The notes under the pieces: model-generated
Told to the model about the DNA's origin: nothing
Database searches by the model: none
Seen by the model: only the letters and a program-made list of their open reading frames with translations
Assembly: GCA_043810775.1 (NCBI GenBank)
Contig: JBDRNU010000007.1
Location: forward strand, 5,050-69,049
Length of the DNA stretch: 64,000 bases
DNA from: an archaeon
GTDB lineage: Archaea; Nanobdellota; Nanobdellia; Pacearchaeales; GW2011-AR1
Reading direction: 5' to 3'
Position numbers and translations under genes: made by a program
In this document: in pieces, positions 35,778 to 45,165 of the stretch
Position numbering within the stretch: the first letter of the stretch is position 1
Layout: each line of letters opens with the position of its first letter

Positions 35778-36695
35778 TTATTTTACTCTCTGATAAGCAA
35801 TCTCGCCTACTCCCATGTAGTAAGGTGTTATCTCTTTATTGAATATTTCTTCTCTCTTGCTTTTCTTTTTCTCATTGTAGAACTTTTCATTAGCTTTAAC
35901 TAAGTTCTTATTCAATACTTTTTCAAGTAATTTTTCATCAAGCACTAGCTTTTTCCTGTTTCCATCAATTACTTCTTTTGTAATTGCTTTTGTAAGGTCA
36001 GCTAAAGCCTCTTCAATGTAAGATTCAAAAGCAGCTTCATTATACCCTCTGCTCATTACATTAAATGATTCATATGAATCTCTTAGCCAGTCAGGAGTAT
36101 CAGGGTCTTTCATTTTTTCTTCAATATAATTTGCATGTTGTCCTGAAGCTTTAAGCCCAGCCATCTCCTTAATTTTTTGAATAGCCTTAGTAACATTATC
36201 TACTTTTTCATCTCCAGTTTCATAAAGCTGCAAAGTCATTAATAGACCAGCTGCTCCACCATAAAGATTTCTTAATTCATCTTCACCTAAACTTCTAGAA
36301 GATAAAATTGTTCTAATTGCATCAGGATTAATTAAATCTTGAGCTTTTAGTTTGCTTACAAGATCATTCCAGTTTTTTGAAACATAACCTTCATTTATAT
36401 CAAGATTACTTCTCCTATTCACAAGCTCACCATTAAGTAATTTATCAAAGCTTTTTAAAGCTGCCTTTATATCAGCATCTCTATTTTCAGGTTTTATTTC
36501 ATCTCTAGCATAAAAACCAGGATCTTCAGGTCTAAGTTCAAGACCTATATTCATTATTGCTTCAGAATTATTAGGATTTTGAGTAAGTAAAGAATCAAGT
36601 GTCTTAAGTTTGCCTCGTTTTTGCAGTCCTCTGGCAAACTTCTGTTTATCATAATCATCATTCGGATTAATGTCAGTTATTGGATTGTATGGCAT
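35778..36695 (-). CDS. Hypothetical protein
   Basis: 305 aa. No motif recognised. Confidence 0.55.
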   Translation of the reverse strand: MPYNPITDINPNDDYDKQKFARGLQKRGKLKTLDSLLTQNPNNSEAIMNIGLELRPEDPGFYARDEIKPENRDADIKAALKSFDKLLNGELVNRRSNLDINEGYVSKNWNDLVSKLKAQDLINPDAIRTILSSRSLGEDELRNLYGGAAGLLMTLQLYETGDEKVDNVTKAIQKIKEMAGLKASGQHANYIEEKMKDPDTPDWLRDSYESFNVMSRGYNEAAFESYIEEALADLTKAITKEVIDGNRKKLVLDEKLLEKVLNKNLVKANEKFYNEKKKSKREEIFNKEITPYYMGVGEIAYQRVK

Positions 36696-36790
36696 TTTAC
36701 CTTTATTTTTCCTTCAATTTTCTTAAAATACATAGTATTTTAACCTTTATAAATCTTTCTATTTTGTTACTACTAGGTAGTTAATATATA

Positions 36791-37600
36791 TCACTCTTCA
36801 ACCTCAATTTCTTCTGCATCATAAACTTCATTATTTTCATCAACTTTAGCTCTGATTTTACTTTCCTTCCCAGACAATATTATTTCAATCATTCTAGCCG
36901 ATAATCCAGTCTCTCTGTAATCAATGCAAGCATCTTTTGCAGGATAATATAGTCTCCCTTTAAACTGTATTTTATCATTATCCAGCCATTCTGGTTCATA
37001 AAAGCTGCTTTGTATACCTAAATTCCATCTCTGATTATTATAATTCTCACCAGAATGAAGGTCTATTCCTTCAATATGGTTAATTTCAACAAGATTAGTT
37101 CCATCAAGATTTACAATAAAAACTGATTTAATATCTTCAGGAAATAAAATTTTATTCTTACCTCTTACATCAAATACAAGCCTTCTTGAATCAGGAGATA
37201 AAGAAGCATTTCCAATAAGATTCCATAATAATGATAATCTGGTATAATCAAATTTTTGAGCTGTGCACACCACCTTTTCTTGCTCTTCTTTTTTAGCAAG
37301 CAAAATTTCAAGCCTATATCCTGGATATTTAAACATCTTTAATTCCTTGCTTATTTTTACAGGCTCTTCAATTATTACATATTTTTCTTCTTCATAAGGT
37401 AATCCCTTGCTAGTATGTTCATATAATAACCTGCCAGTATCAAAACTAATTTGGCTTGCCACAATAGTAGCCCCTTCAGATTTAGTAGCTTTAGAATAAA
37501 TCCTTTGCTTATCTCCACCACCATCCCCCCCTCCGCTATCACCCGCCTCCCCCATTTCAGCAAGCTTTCTTAATTCTTCTTCTAAATTTTCCTCAGCCAT
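36791..37600 (-). CDS. Hypothetical protein (Gly/Asp-rich N-terminus, beta-rich body with a PD40-like segment)
   Basis: 269 aa. SPDSRRLVFDVRGKNKILFPEDIKSVFIVNLDGTNLVEI is reminiscent of TolB/PD40 beta-propeller blades. Confidence 0.45.
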   Translation of the reverse strand: MAEENLEEELRKLAEMGEAGDSGGGDGGGDKQRIYSKATKSEGATIVASQISFDTGRLLYEHTSKGLPYEEEKYVIIEEPVKISKELKMFKYPGYRLEILLAKKEEQEKVVCTAQKFDYTRLSLLWNLIGNASLSPDSRRLVFDVRGKNKILFPEDIKSVFIVNLDGTNLVEINHIEGIDLHSGENYNNQRWNLGIQSSFYEPEWLDNDKIQFKGRLYYPAKDACIDYRETGLSARMIEIILSGKESKIRAKVDENNEVYDAEEIEVEE

Positions 37601-37620
37601 TTTCCTCCACCACCTCTTAA

Positions 37621-40200
37621 CTAGAATATATCAAGAGACTCATCTTCCCCCTCATCCTCCTCCGCCTCCTTAGCTTCAGCTTTTTCCTCAGGCTCTTCTT
37701 TGTCTTCCTTGTTTTCTTCTTGCTTTTCCTCAGAATCTACCTGGCTTGCAAAAGGGTCAAATCCATACTCAACACTCTCACTCCACTCTTCCTTTTTTTC
37801 CTCTTTCTTGCTCTCTTCTTCCTCTTCCTCAGCTTTTTCCTCCGCTTCAGCTTCTACTTGTTTCTCTTCAACTTCAGCTTCTCCTATTGGTTTATCTTCT
37901 TTCATAGTACTATCCTCTTGCTTTTCCTCAATCTCAGAACCTTTTAAACCTTTCTCCTCCAGCTCCTTAACAAATTCAGAAATCTCCCAGGCAACATCAG
38001 CATTTACACTTATGCTGTCAATTCCGTGCTTAACTAGAAATTCAACCATATCTTTATTGCTTCCTGCCTGTCCGCAAATGCTGGTTTCAATATCATATTT
38101 TTTGCATACTCTAATTACATGAGCTAGCTGGGAAAGTACAGCCGGGTTAGTCTCATCATAAATATACTGCACTTCCTCATTATTCCTGTCAATAGCAAGA
38201 GTAAACTGTGTCAAATCATTAGTTCCAAATGAAATAAACTCAATTCCTTCCTTGCATAGCTCTTCAATTATCTGCACAGAAGCAGGAGTTTCTACCATTA
38301 CACCTACCTTTGCATCTAGAAACTCTATTTCCTGAAGAGTTTCCTTAACCTGCTTAACTTCATGAACAGAAATAACTTGGGGCAATAACAATCCTATTTT
38401 CGTATTTTCAATTCTTTTTAGCGCTCTTAACTCAGCTTTTAGTATTTCTTTAAATTTTAAGCCAGCCCTTATGCCATGCATTCCTAGCATTGGATTTGAT
38501 TCAATCTCCTTAGGTGCACCTTCTAAATTACTATACTCATCAGACCTGATATCTGAAGTCCTGACCCAAATCTCATCAAAATACTCTGCAATCTGTTTAA
38601 TGCCTTCATATATGATTTTTTCATACTCCCCCATATTCCCTTTCTTTAAAAAATAAAAAGGGTGTTTCTGGCTGGAGGCAATTATCCCTTCCAGCCTTGT
38701 AAGCCCAGTATGCTTTAGCCCGGTTAGGCTTGCTCTTTTTGCAAATCCAGGCAAATCAACAATAACTTTTAATTTTGTTTTTGTAGGTACAGCTTCCTTA
38801 ATCTCAGCTTTTTTGCTTTCAGCCAGACCCTCATATACCTTTCCGGTTGAGCCATTAACTGTAACTTCCATATCATCTTTTAGTATTTTAGTAGCTTCCC
38901 TGGTTCCAACAACACACGGAATTCCCATCTCTCTAGATACAATTGAGGCATGGCAGGTCATCCCGCCCTCGTCAGTTACAATGGCGATGGATTTCTGCAT
39001 AGTCACTACCATATCTGGATTAGTCATTTCAGTAACAAGAACATCACCTTTCTTTACTTTCTTCATATCCTTTAAGTCTAATACAAGCCTTACTTTTCCA
39101 GAACCAATTCCAGGACTGGCAGGAATTCCAGCTAAAATTTCCTTGCCCTCAGTCTCTTCAATTGCTATTGTTTCAGTAGTAATTGGTCTTGTCTGTACAA
39201 TATAAATCTCATTAGCTTCTAAGGCAAATTCAACATCCTGGGGCTTGCCATAATGCTCTTCTAGTTTAACCCCATAATCTGCAAGCTTTTTTATTTCATA
39301 ATCTTTCAATACCTGGCTTTTGCTTCTGTCTTCATTTAGCTTAACTAGCTCATTTGCTCCAGCTGAATTTCTGACTATTGCAATTTTTTTATTAGATATA
39401 TCCTTGCTTAGTATTTCTAAATCCCTTGAAACCTTATAGTGGTCTGGTTTTATCTTGCCAGAAACTATTCCCTCTCCCAAGCCATAAACAGCCTCAATAA
39501 TCAAATTGTCAGTCTGCTCCACAGGATCCTGGGAAAACATTACTCCAGACTTTTCAGAGTCAATCATTTTTTGAACCACTACTGCCACAAATACATCTTC
39601 ATGCTTGAATCCTTTTTTCAATCTATAATAAATGCTCCTCGCAGTAAATAAAGAAGAAAAGCATTTTTTAACATGCTCAATTAAGCTGCTTTTTCCCTTG
39701 ACATTCAAGAAACTATCTTGCTGTCCTGCAAAGCTTGCAGCGTCGCTGTCCTCAGCAGTAGCTGAGCTTCTAACTGCAACAAAAACCGGCTCTTTGCCTT
39801 TTTTTAATATAGCTAGTGCATCTCCAGAAGCCTGCTGTAGAGCCTCCCTGTTTATATCTAGATGCTCATATGCTTCTAAAATTTCTTCCTGCATATCTTT
39901 AGGCATTTCAGGAGTTTCAATTATTTCCCTTATTTTTTTGCTTGCTTCATCAAGTTCATCAGTATCTTCCTCGTCAAGCTTTTCTAAAATTGAGTATATT
40001 TCCTTGTCAATCCCAGTTTTTTCCAAAAAGCTCTTGTAAGTTTCAGAAGTAATTACAAAAGCCGGAGGAACAGGAAACTTGTTATTATACATTTCAGCTA
40101 AATTAGCTCCTTTACCGCCGACTTTAGCAACATCATCCTTGCTTAGTTCAGAAAGCCATTTAACATAAATTTCCTCCTGTTTAACCTCTTTTTTCTGCAT
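37621..40200 (-). CDS. ppsA: Phosphoenolpyruvate synthase (pyruvate, water dikinase) with a ~115-aa acidic C-terminal extension
   Basis: 859 aa. N-terminal ATP-grasp signature (VAKVGGKGANLAEM). Phosphohistidine swivel (TDEGGMTCHASIVSREMGIPCVVG). PEP-utilising TIM barrel (FISFGTNDLTQFTLAIDRNN). Confidence 0.9.
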   Translation of the reverse strand: MQKKEVKQEEIYVKWLSELSKDDVAKVGGKGANLAEMYNNKFPVPPAFVITSETYKSFLEKTGIDKEIYSILEKLDEEDTDELDEASKKIREIIETPEMPKDMQEEILEAYEHLDINREALQQASGDALAILKKGKEPVFVAVRSSATAEDSDAASFAGQQDSFLNVKGKSSLIEHVKKCFSSLFTARSIYYRLKKGFKHEDVFVAVVVQKMIDSEKSGVMFSQDPVEQTDNLIIEAVYGLGEGIVSGKIKPDHYKVSRDLEILSKDISNKKIAIVRNSAGANELVKLNEDRSKSQVLKDYEIKKLADYGVKLEEHYGKPQDVEFALEANEIYIVQTRPITTETIAIEETEGKEILAGIPASPGIGSGKVRLVLDLKDMKKVKKGDVLVTEMTNPDMVVTMQKSIAIVTDEGGMTCHASIVSREMGIPCVVGTREATKILKDDMEVTVNGSTGKVYEGLAESKKAEIKEAVPTKTKLKVIVDLPGFAKRASLTGLKHTGLTRLEGIIASSQKHPFYFLKKGNMGEYEKIIYEGIKQIAEYFDEIWVRTSDIRSDEYSNLEGAPKEIESNPMLGMHGIRAGLKFKEILKAELRALKRIENTKIGLLLPQVISVHEVKQVKETLQEIEFLDAKVGVMVETPASVQIIEELCKEGIEFISFGTNDLTQFTLAIDRNNEEVQYIYDETNPAVLSQLAHVIRVCKKYDIETSICGQAGSNKDMVEFLVKHGIDSISVNADVAWEISEFVKELEEKGLKGSEIEEKQEDSTMKEDKPIGEAEVEEKQVEAEAEEKAEEEEEESKKEEKKEEWSESVEYGFDPFASQVDSEEKQEENKEDKEEPEEKAEAKEAEEDEGEDESLDIF

Positions 40201-40239
40201 AGAATTTAGTATAATATTTAGTTAATAAACTTTTCTTCA

Positions 40240-40935
40240 CTAGTTTTCGCTAATTTCTTCATTTGCACCTAGCTTTTTCATTACTTCATTATAATATCCA
40301 TCTAAGAGAATCAAATATTCACCTAAAATAGATTCAGCGCAAGGTGCTTTAATCTGATTATACATCTGGGTTGAAATATCAATATGGTTATTTCTTAAGA
40401 CCTCTTCTCTTGTCTCTTCTAAAGGTGGTCTTAAAATAACCAAGCCATTTTTAATAAAAAACCAAAAGTCATTGACCTGGGTGTATATTGACTTTATTGC
40501 TCTCTGAAGTCCGTTTAATTTTGTTTTTTCAATTAAATCCTTTTCTCCATCATCAAATTTTCCTCTTAAATATTTAAGTCTTGAATTGGTTATTTCCAGG
40601 ACTTTTTTCGGAATCATTTGCTCTAAAAAAATCTCACCTATATTCTCTGCTCCTGCATTGCAGCAGTCAGACTCGCTAATATCAAGCGCAAGTTTCTTAT
40701 AATACTCTCTTAAAGGAATATAATTTGGATTTTTTGAAAGCATCTCATTTCTTAATTCAACAGCATTTTCAGGAAAAGGCTTATCAGGATGGCCATCATC
40801 TAAAATTGAGTCTAAAAATTTTCCTTCATTGATATTAATTAAGTTGCATAATTCAGACGCTTCATGTTCAGAAAGTTCTAAACTAAAATCAATCTCATAG
40901 ATTAATTTTTCTTTCTGAAGTAATTGCCTTAACAT
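40240..40935 (-). CDS. Hypothetical protein
   Basis: 231 aa. No motif recognised. Confidence 0.5.
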   Translation of the reverse strand: MLRQLLQKEKLIYEIDFSLELSEHEASELCNLININEGKFLDSILDDGHPDKPFPENAVELRNEMLSKNPNYIPLREYYKKLALDISESDCCNAGAENIGEIFLEQMIPKKVLEITNSRLKYLRGKFDDGEKDLIEKTKLNGLQRAIKSIYTQVNDFWFFIKNGLVILRPPLEETREEVLRNNHIDISTQMYNQIKAPCAESILGEYLILLDGYYNEVMKKLGANEEISEN

Positions 40936-40965
40936 TTTTATTTACCTAGAAAATAGTTTATAAAT

Positions 40966-41499
40966 TTATCTTTTCTCAACAATAACTCTTGTCTTGCAGG
41001 GAAGCTTTGACTTTATTTTGTTCAACGCATCTCTTGCAATTTTAACTGCCTTGTCCCCATTAACTGCAACCAGCATAACATCCTGCCCTGATGCAACCAA
41101 TGCAGCTCTACCCATGGCTTTACCATAACTCTGCTGCATGCCTTGTGACATTCTGTCTGCTCCAGCTCCAGTTAGGGCTTTATTTTCTCTTAAAATATGA
41201 TGTGGAAATACTCTTATTGCAAAGTAATGCTCTTTAGGTAAATTTTTATCAAGAATTTTATTAATAAACTGTCTTGAGGCTTCAAGTGCATTATCCCTAA
41301 CTTGAATTCTTTCCAAGCTTACTAGTTTTAAAATAGATGAATATTTTCCTCTTTCATAACCTTGTATATCTCCCATCTGCATCTTTACAATCTTATGTGG
41401 TGGAATAGCTTTAATATAAGATTTAGCCTTAACACTGGACTTTCTAGTATAAGGGCGGGCTTTTTTCTTACTGTAAGCAGCAGCTTTTCTTAGTGCCAT
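40966..41499 (-). CDS. rpl10e: Ribosomal protein uL16 (L10e)
   Basis: 177 aa. MALRKAAAYSKKKARPYTRKS...IPPHKIVKMQMGD, typical of the L10e N-terminus. Confidence 0.92.
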   Translation of the reverse strand: MALRKAAAYSKKKARPYTRKSSVKAKSYIKAIPPHKIVKMQMGDIQGYERGKYSSILKLVSLERIQVRDNALEASRQFINKILDKNLPKEHYFAIRVFPHHILRENKALTGAGADRMSQGMQQSYGKAMGRAALVASGQDVMLVAVNGDKAVKIARDALNKIKSKLPCKTRVIVEKR

Positions 41500-41501
41500 T
41501 T

Positions 41502-41699
41502 TTAAATTTCACCTTCAGTTTTTTTATAATTTTGTTTTTGAGGGCAGTAATCTCCACCCTGCCTGCACCTTAAAAAATAATCTCTAGCTAGTTCATCCTC
41601 TTGGTCATTTCTACTAACTGGCAGATTAGTTCTGACTCGCATTCTGCTGCATTTCCCTATATATTTACAAGTGTCTCCCATTTTAAATTTCACCTTCAA
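41502..41699 (-). CDS. Small four-cysteine protein, possibly a zinc-binding protein, co-transcribed with rpl10e
   Basis: 65 aa (59 aa from the internal MGDTCKY start). Cys at CKYIGKC and C...C in the C-terminal half. Stop lies 2 nt from the rpl10e start. Confidence 0.4.
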   Translation of the reverse strand: MKVKFKMGDTCKYIGKCSRMRVRTNLPVSRNDQEDELARDYFLRCRQGGDYCPQKQNYKKTEGEI

Positions 41700-41787
41700 T
41701 TTTAATCATAATATTCCTCTTCATCTATATCTTCTTCTTCAAAAGTCTTTTCAGATTCACTATTCTTACTAATTATGTTTTCTGGCC

Positions 41788-42060
41788 TCATTTTGCTTCC
41801 ACCTCTGTGGTTAATGATTGTCCTGGTAGCCCTTTTTCAAATATTGCTCTGACCAATCCTTTATTTCCGTGGGCGCTGGCAACCTTTCCTTTGATAATTT
41901 TTCCAGCTGGAGATTTCCAGCTAACTTCCTTGCCAACTAGCTTGCTGGCTTCTTCTCTATTTTTTGCACCTAAATCTAGCAAAAAATGCTTTTCGTGAAT
42001 TGTGCGTTTTCCTCTTCTAAACTGCACTACTATTCCTTTAGTTGTCATTTTCCTTAACAT
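41788..42060 (-). CDS. rpl35ae: Ribosomal protein eL33 (L35Ae)
   Basis: 90 aa. KGKVASAHGNKGLVRAIFEKGLPGQ matches the L35Ae C-terminal signature. Confidence 0.85.
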   Translation of the reverse strand: MLRKMTTKGIVVQFRRGKRTIHEKHFLLDLGAKNREEASKLVGKEVSWKSPAGKIIKGKVASAHGNKGLVRAIFEKGLPGQSLTTEVEAK

Positions 42061-42100
42061 TTACTGATAAAATTAGTTTTTAAAGCTTGCTATTTACATA

Positions 42101-43261
42101 TCAATAATATTTCTCTAAATGTTTCTTTTTTCTTGCTTCATATTCTGATATTGATTCCCCAGATTTTCTAAAGATTTTTGGGGGTTTTTCAGGCTTCCCA
42201 TATTGTTTTTCAAATTCTTTTGCTTGAGAATTAGATAATTGACCAGAAAAATACATTTCTCTTTTTACAACAAAATCACTAGGTTTATAGTCATCTCCTA
42301 TTGAATATTCAACTCTTCTTTTATTAGAGTCATAATTTGAATTATAATCTCTTTTATTTAATTTCTCACTTTTTTTATTTACATCATATGAAGGTGTATT
42401 ATCTTTACCTCCAAAAACACCATCAACAAATTTTTTATTTAAATTAGAAAATGATTCCAGTAAACTTCCGCTTTCTTCTTGCTTTGGTTGGGGTGGTGAG
42501 GTATAGGTTTGCGTAGGTTTTGATGATTGAATTGAAACAGGGGGAGTGTAAGTTAGAGTAGGAGCAGGTTTAGGGGTTGGTTTTGGAGTAGGAGGGATAT
42601 AGGTTTGAGTTGGCTGCGGTGTTGGTTTGGATGCTTCTAACCCATTAAGAACATTATCAGGAACTTCAATAATTATATTATTGCCTTGAATTTTTGATGG
42701 TTTTGGATTATAATTTGGGTTATTTTCTTCAGAAGAAGGTATGAATATAATACTTCTCTCTTTATTTTTAATTGTATTTCTCGTCGTTCTTGCATCAATT
42801 TCAGTAAAAGAAGTTATTTGTTTTGGAGGAATATACGGCTGTGAAATTTCCTGAGGAATTGGGGTTTGTTCATGTCTAGATATAAAATTAGCCACCTGAT
42901 ATATTACTGTAAGTATTGTACCTGCAGCAGCCAATCCCCCAATTAACCATTTTAGTTTGCCTGATTTTTTTGCTGGTGTAATTTGAGTGGCAGAAGGTTG
43001 TGCTTTTGAAGGTTTTGGTTTTAGACTAGCCCCCTGCTGCTTATTTAATCTAGCAATATAAATTCCTTCCCATCCTTTTTTTACATTACTATAAACTCTA
43101 GAAATATCTTGATACTCAAGTCCGCCATCTCTTAATTTACAATAATGTTCAAAGTCATTTATTTTTATTTCAGAATCAACCTTTCTCTCAAGAGGCTGTC
43201 CAGCTTCTCTACCTAACTTAACTAGTTCAGCTTCTAAATTTCCTTCATCCCCATTAGTCAT
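42101..43261 (-). CDS. Single-pass membrane protein with an N-terminal YCKLR module and a Pro/Thr-rich extracellular region
   Basis: 386 aa. FEHYCKLRDGGLEYQDISRVY is related to the repeats of 25032..25778. TM helix LKWLIGGLAAAGTILTVIYQVANFI. PTQTY-type proline repeats. Confidence 0.6.
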   Translation of the reverse strand: MTNGDEGNLEAELVKLGREAGQPLERKVDSEIKINDFEHYCKLRDGGLEYQDISRVYSNVKKGWEGIYIARLNKQQGASLKPKPSKAQPSATQITPAKKSGKLKWLIGGLAAAGTILTVIYQVANFISRHEQTPIPQEISQPYIPPKQITSFTEIDARTTRNTIKNKERSIIFIPSSEENNPNYNPKPSKIQGNNIIIEVPDNVLNGLEASKPTPQPTQTYIPPTPKPTPKPAPTLTYTPPVSIQSSKPTQTYTSPPQPKQEESGSLLESFSNLNKKFVDGVFGGKDNTPSYDVNKKSEKLNKRDYNSNYDSNKRRVEYSIGDDYKPSDFVVKREMYFSGQLSNSQAKEFEKQYGKPEKPPKIFRKSGESISEYEARKKKHLEKYY

Positions 43262-43295
43262 AAAAACAATAAGAAATAGAAATATAAATATTTAT

Positions 43296-45083
43296 CTAAA
43301 AGATAATTTCAAAGTCGCCAAGCTCTTTCTTCAATACTTCAAATATCTTGCTAGTGCTCTTAATTATCATCTTGTCCTTTTGTTCAGTCAGTGCTTTTTT
43401 CAGCTCTTCTTCATTGCTGTCCACAAGCTTGCTTGTTATCTTGCTTATTTTTCCCTCTTGAATTAAAAATGAAGCAGTATCGCTAATAATTAAATCATAA
43501 TGCTTATCTCCTGCTTTTATTCCAATCCTGCCTTTCTGCAAGCTTACTAGCTCGCATCTCTGATTATACTCAATCAAGTGATTTAATAGTATGGAAGCAT
43601 TTTTCCTTGCCTCTTCAACACCATGCTTGTCCAGCTTGCCCTGCTTGAACTTATTTTTTGAAGAAACCAGCTCTTTCAAAATCCTCAGATAAGTTTCAGG
43701 TAGCTTTCCCTTGTCAATAAATTCAGTTTCAAACTCCTTAATTATTGCAGCCTCTCCTTTCTTGCCAAATACTGATTGAAGCATCTTAAACACATCACTG
43801 TAAATCTGGTCAACAGTCTTTTCATTAAACCTTTTTTCAATCTGCTTTCTTAATTCCTTAAGCCTTTTCATATAAGATTCAAAGTCTTTTCTCAGTTCAT
43901 CGATTTCTTTTCCGCTGACTTCCTTTACTTTTTCATGCTCATATCCCTTGTAAAGCTTCAAAACCCTGTCTAAAATATCAACATACTTCTTTTCAAGCAT
44001 TTTCTCTTTATCAACAAAAATTTCTTTCATCATTGGAACAGTCTCCTTAGTAGTTGGAGGAGGCAGTCCGTATAGCATAAGTATTGCCTGGCTAGGCGTC
44101 AAAATTCCCCAATAAATATCTCCAATTGCAATATCCAATAATCTTCTTTTTACTGTTTCAGAAACTTTATCACCCATAGACATGAACATATCAATAGCTT
44201 CTGGGCTAGGTTTTAACTTGCCCATTTTAAGCAATAGCTTCCATGGCATAAAAGTTCCCTTGTCAAATAAAGGAACACCATCTCTAATCAGTGTAAAGAA
44301 AACAGGATTTGCGTCTTTAACTCCATCCCAGAATTCAGTTAAAATATAAATCTGCACATTCAGCTTGTTTTTAACTCCAGCTAGTTCACCAGCCTCAATA
44401 ATATAGCTGTAAATTATGCTTCTTAGCTTTTCTTTTAGCTCTAATCTTGGCATTCTCTTAACGTCAGTGTCATCAATTACAATCCATACATCAACATCAG
44501 AAGTTTTAGTAGTGTCTCCTCTTACGAAACTTCCTGAAAGAATATAACTTACCACATATTTTTCAAATTTTCTTAAAACTAGGCTTTTATGAATTTCAGA
44601 AACTCTCAAGCTTCCTAAAAAGCCCTTGTCATGCAGTGGAAAAGACATTGAATATGCAGATACAAGCTCAAACTTGCTGTCTAAGCTTGCATTAAAAATA
44701 TCAACTGGCGTCTTAATATGAATCCAGAGTTTCATCTTTGTATTTGCAGCCATCTTAATTATTTCTGGCTTGATTTTTGGAATAGATTTGAACTTTTCTT
44801 CAGGAATCATAACTAATAAGTGAATTGGCTTTTCTTTCCTTTCAGCTTCAGGGACCTGTTCCTCATCTTCTACTTTTTGCGCAGCCTGCGGAGGTATGAT
44901 TCCTATACTAAAAATAAAAGGATACTTCTTAATCAAGTCTTTTTTCAGTTTTTCAAGCTTGGTTCTTGTTTTTTCCAAGTCCTTTCTTACACTATCAGGA
45001 ATATCAGAAGGAAGTTTTTCAGAATTATACTTGTCCTTTACCTGCTTCATGGTTTCTTCAACGCCTTTCTTTTCCTCTGTCAT
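43296..45083 (-). CDS. Nucleotidyltransferase-domain protein with helical C-terminal domains (paralog of 34446..35771)
   Basis: 595 aa. LSGSFVRGDTTKTSDVDVWIVIDD. Shares the SPEAI...MLKEIFVD segment with the 441-aa protein. Confidence 0.7.
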   Translation of the reverse strand: MTEEKKGVEETMKQVKDKYNSEKLPSDIPDSVRKDLEKTRTKLEKLKKDLIKKYPFIFSIGIIPPQAAQKVEDEEQVPEAERKEKPIHLLVMIPEEKFKSIPKIKPEIIKMAANTKMKLWIHIKTPVDIFNASLDSKFELVSAYSMSFPLHDKGFLGSLRVSEIHKSLVLRKFEKYVVSYILSGSFVRGDTTKTSDVDVWIVIDDTDVKRMPRLELKEKLRSIIYSYIIEAGELAGVKNKLNVQIYILTEFWDGVKDANPVFFTLIRDGVPLFDKGTFMPWKLLLKMGKLKPSPEAIDMFMSMGDKVSETVKRRLLDIAIGDIYWGILTPSQAILMLYGLPPPTTKETVPMMKEIFVDKEKMLEKKYVDILDRVLKLYKGYEHEKVKEVSGKEIDELRKDFESYMKRLKELRKQIEKRFNEKTVDQIYSDVFKMLQSVFGKKGEAAIIKEFETEFIDKGKLPETYLRILKELVSSKNKFKQGKLDKHGVEEARKNASILLNHLIEYNQRCELVSLQKGRIGIKAGDKHYDLIISDTASFLIQEGKISKITSKLVDSNEEELKKALTEQKDKMIIKSTSKIFEVLKKELGDFEIIF

Positions 45084-45165
45084 ATTAATTACTCAAAAGA
45101 AGTATATTTAAAGCTATTGGTGGGTGTATGCAAATTTTTATATAGTTATAAATAAAGTGATTTTC

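Noticed and set aside
37700-40039. Several plus-strand ORFs (37700..38122, 37720..37947, 38471..38656, 38813..39205, 39439..39651, 39632..40039)
   Set aside because: All are antisense to the strongly supported PEP synthase gene. Their serine/leucine-rich translations are typical of the reverse complement of a Glu/Lys-rich coding sequence.
41700-41787. Acidic peptide frame (…EKTFEEEDIDEEEYYD*) downstream of rpl35ae as a stop-codon read-through or separate ORF
   Set aside because: The frame differs from rpl35ae, it has no start codon, and it is only about 28 codons long. Most likely it is non-coding spacer.
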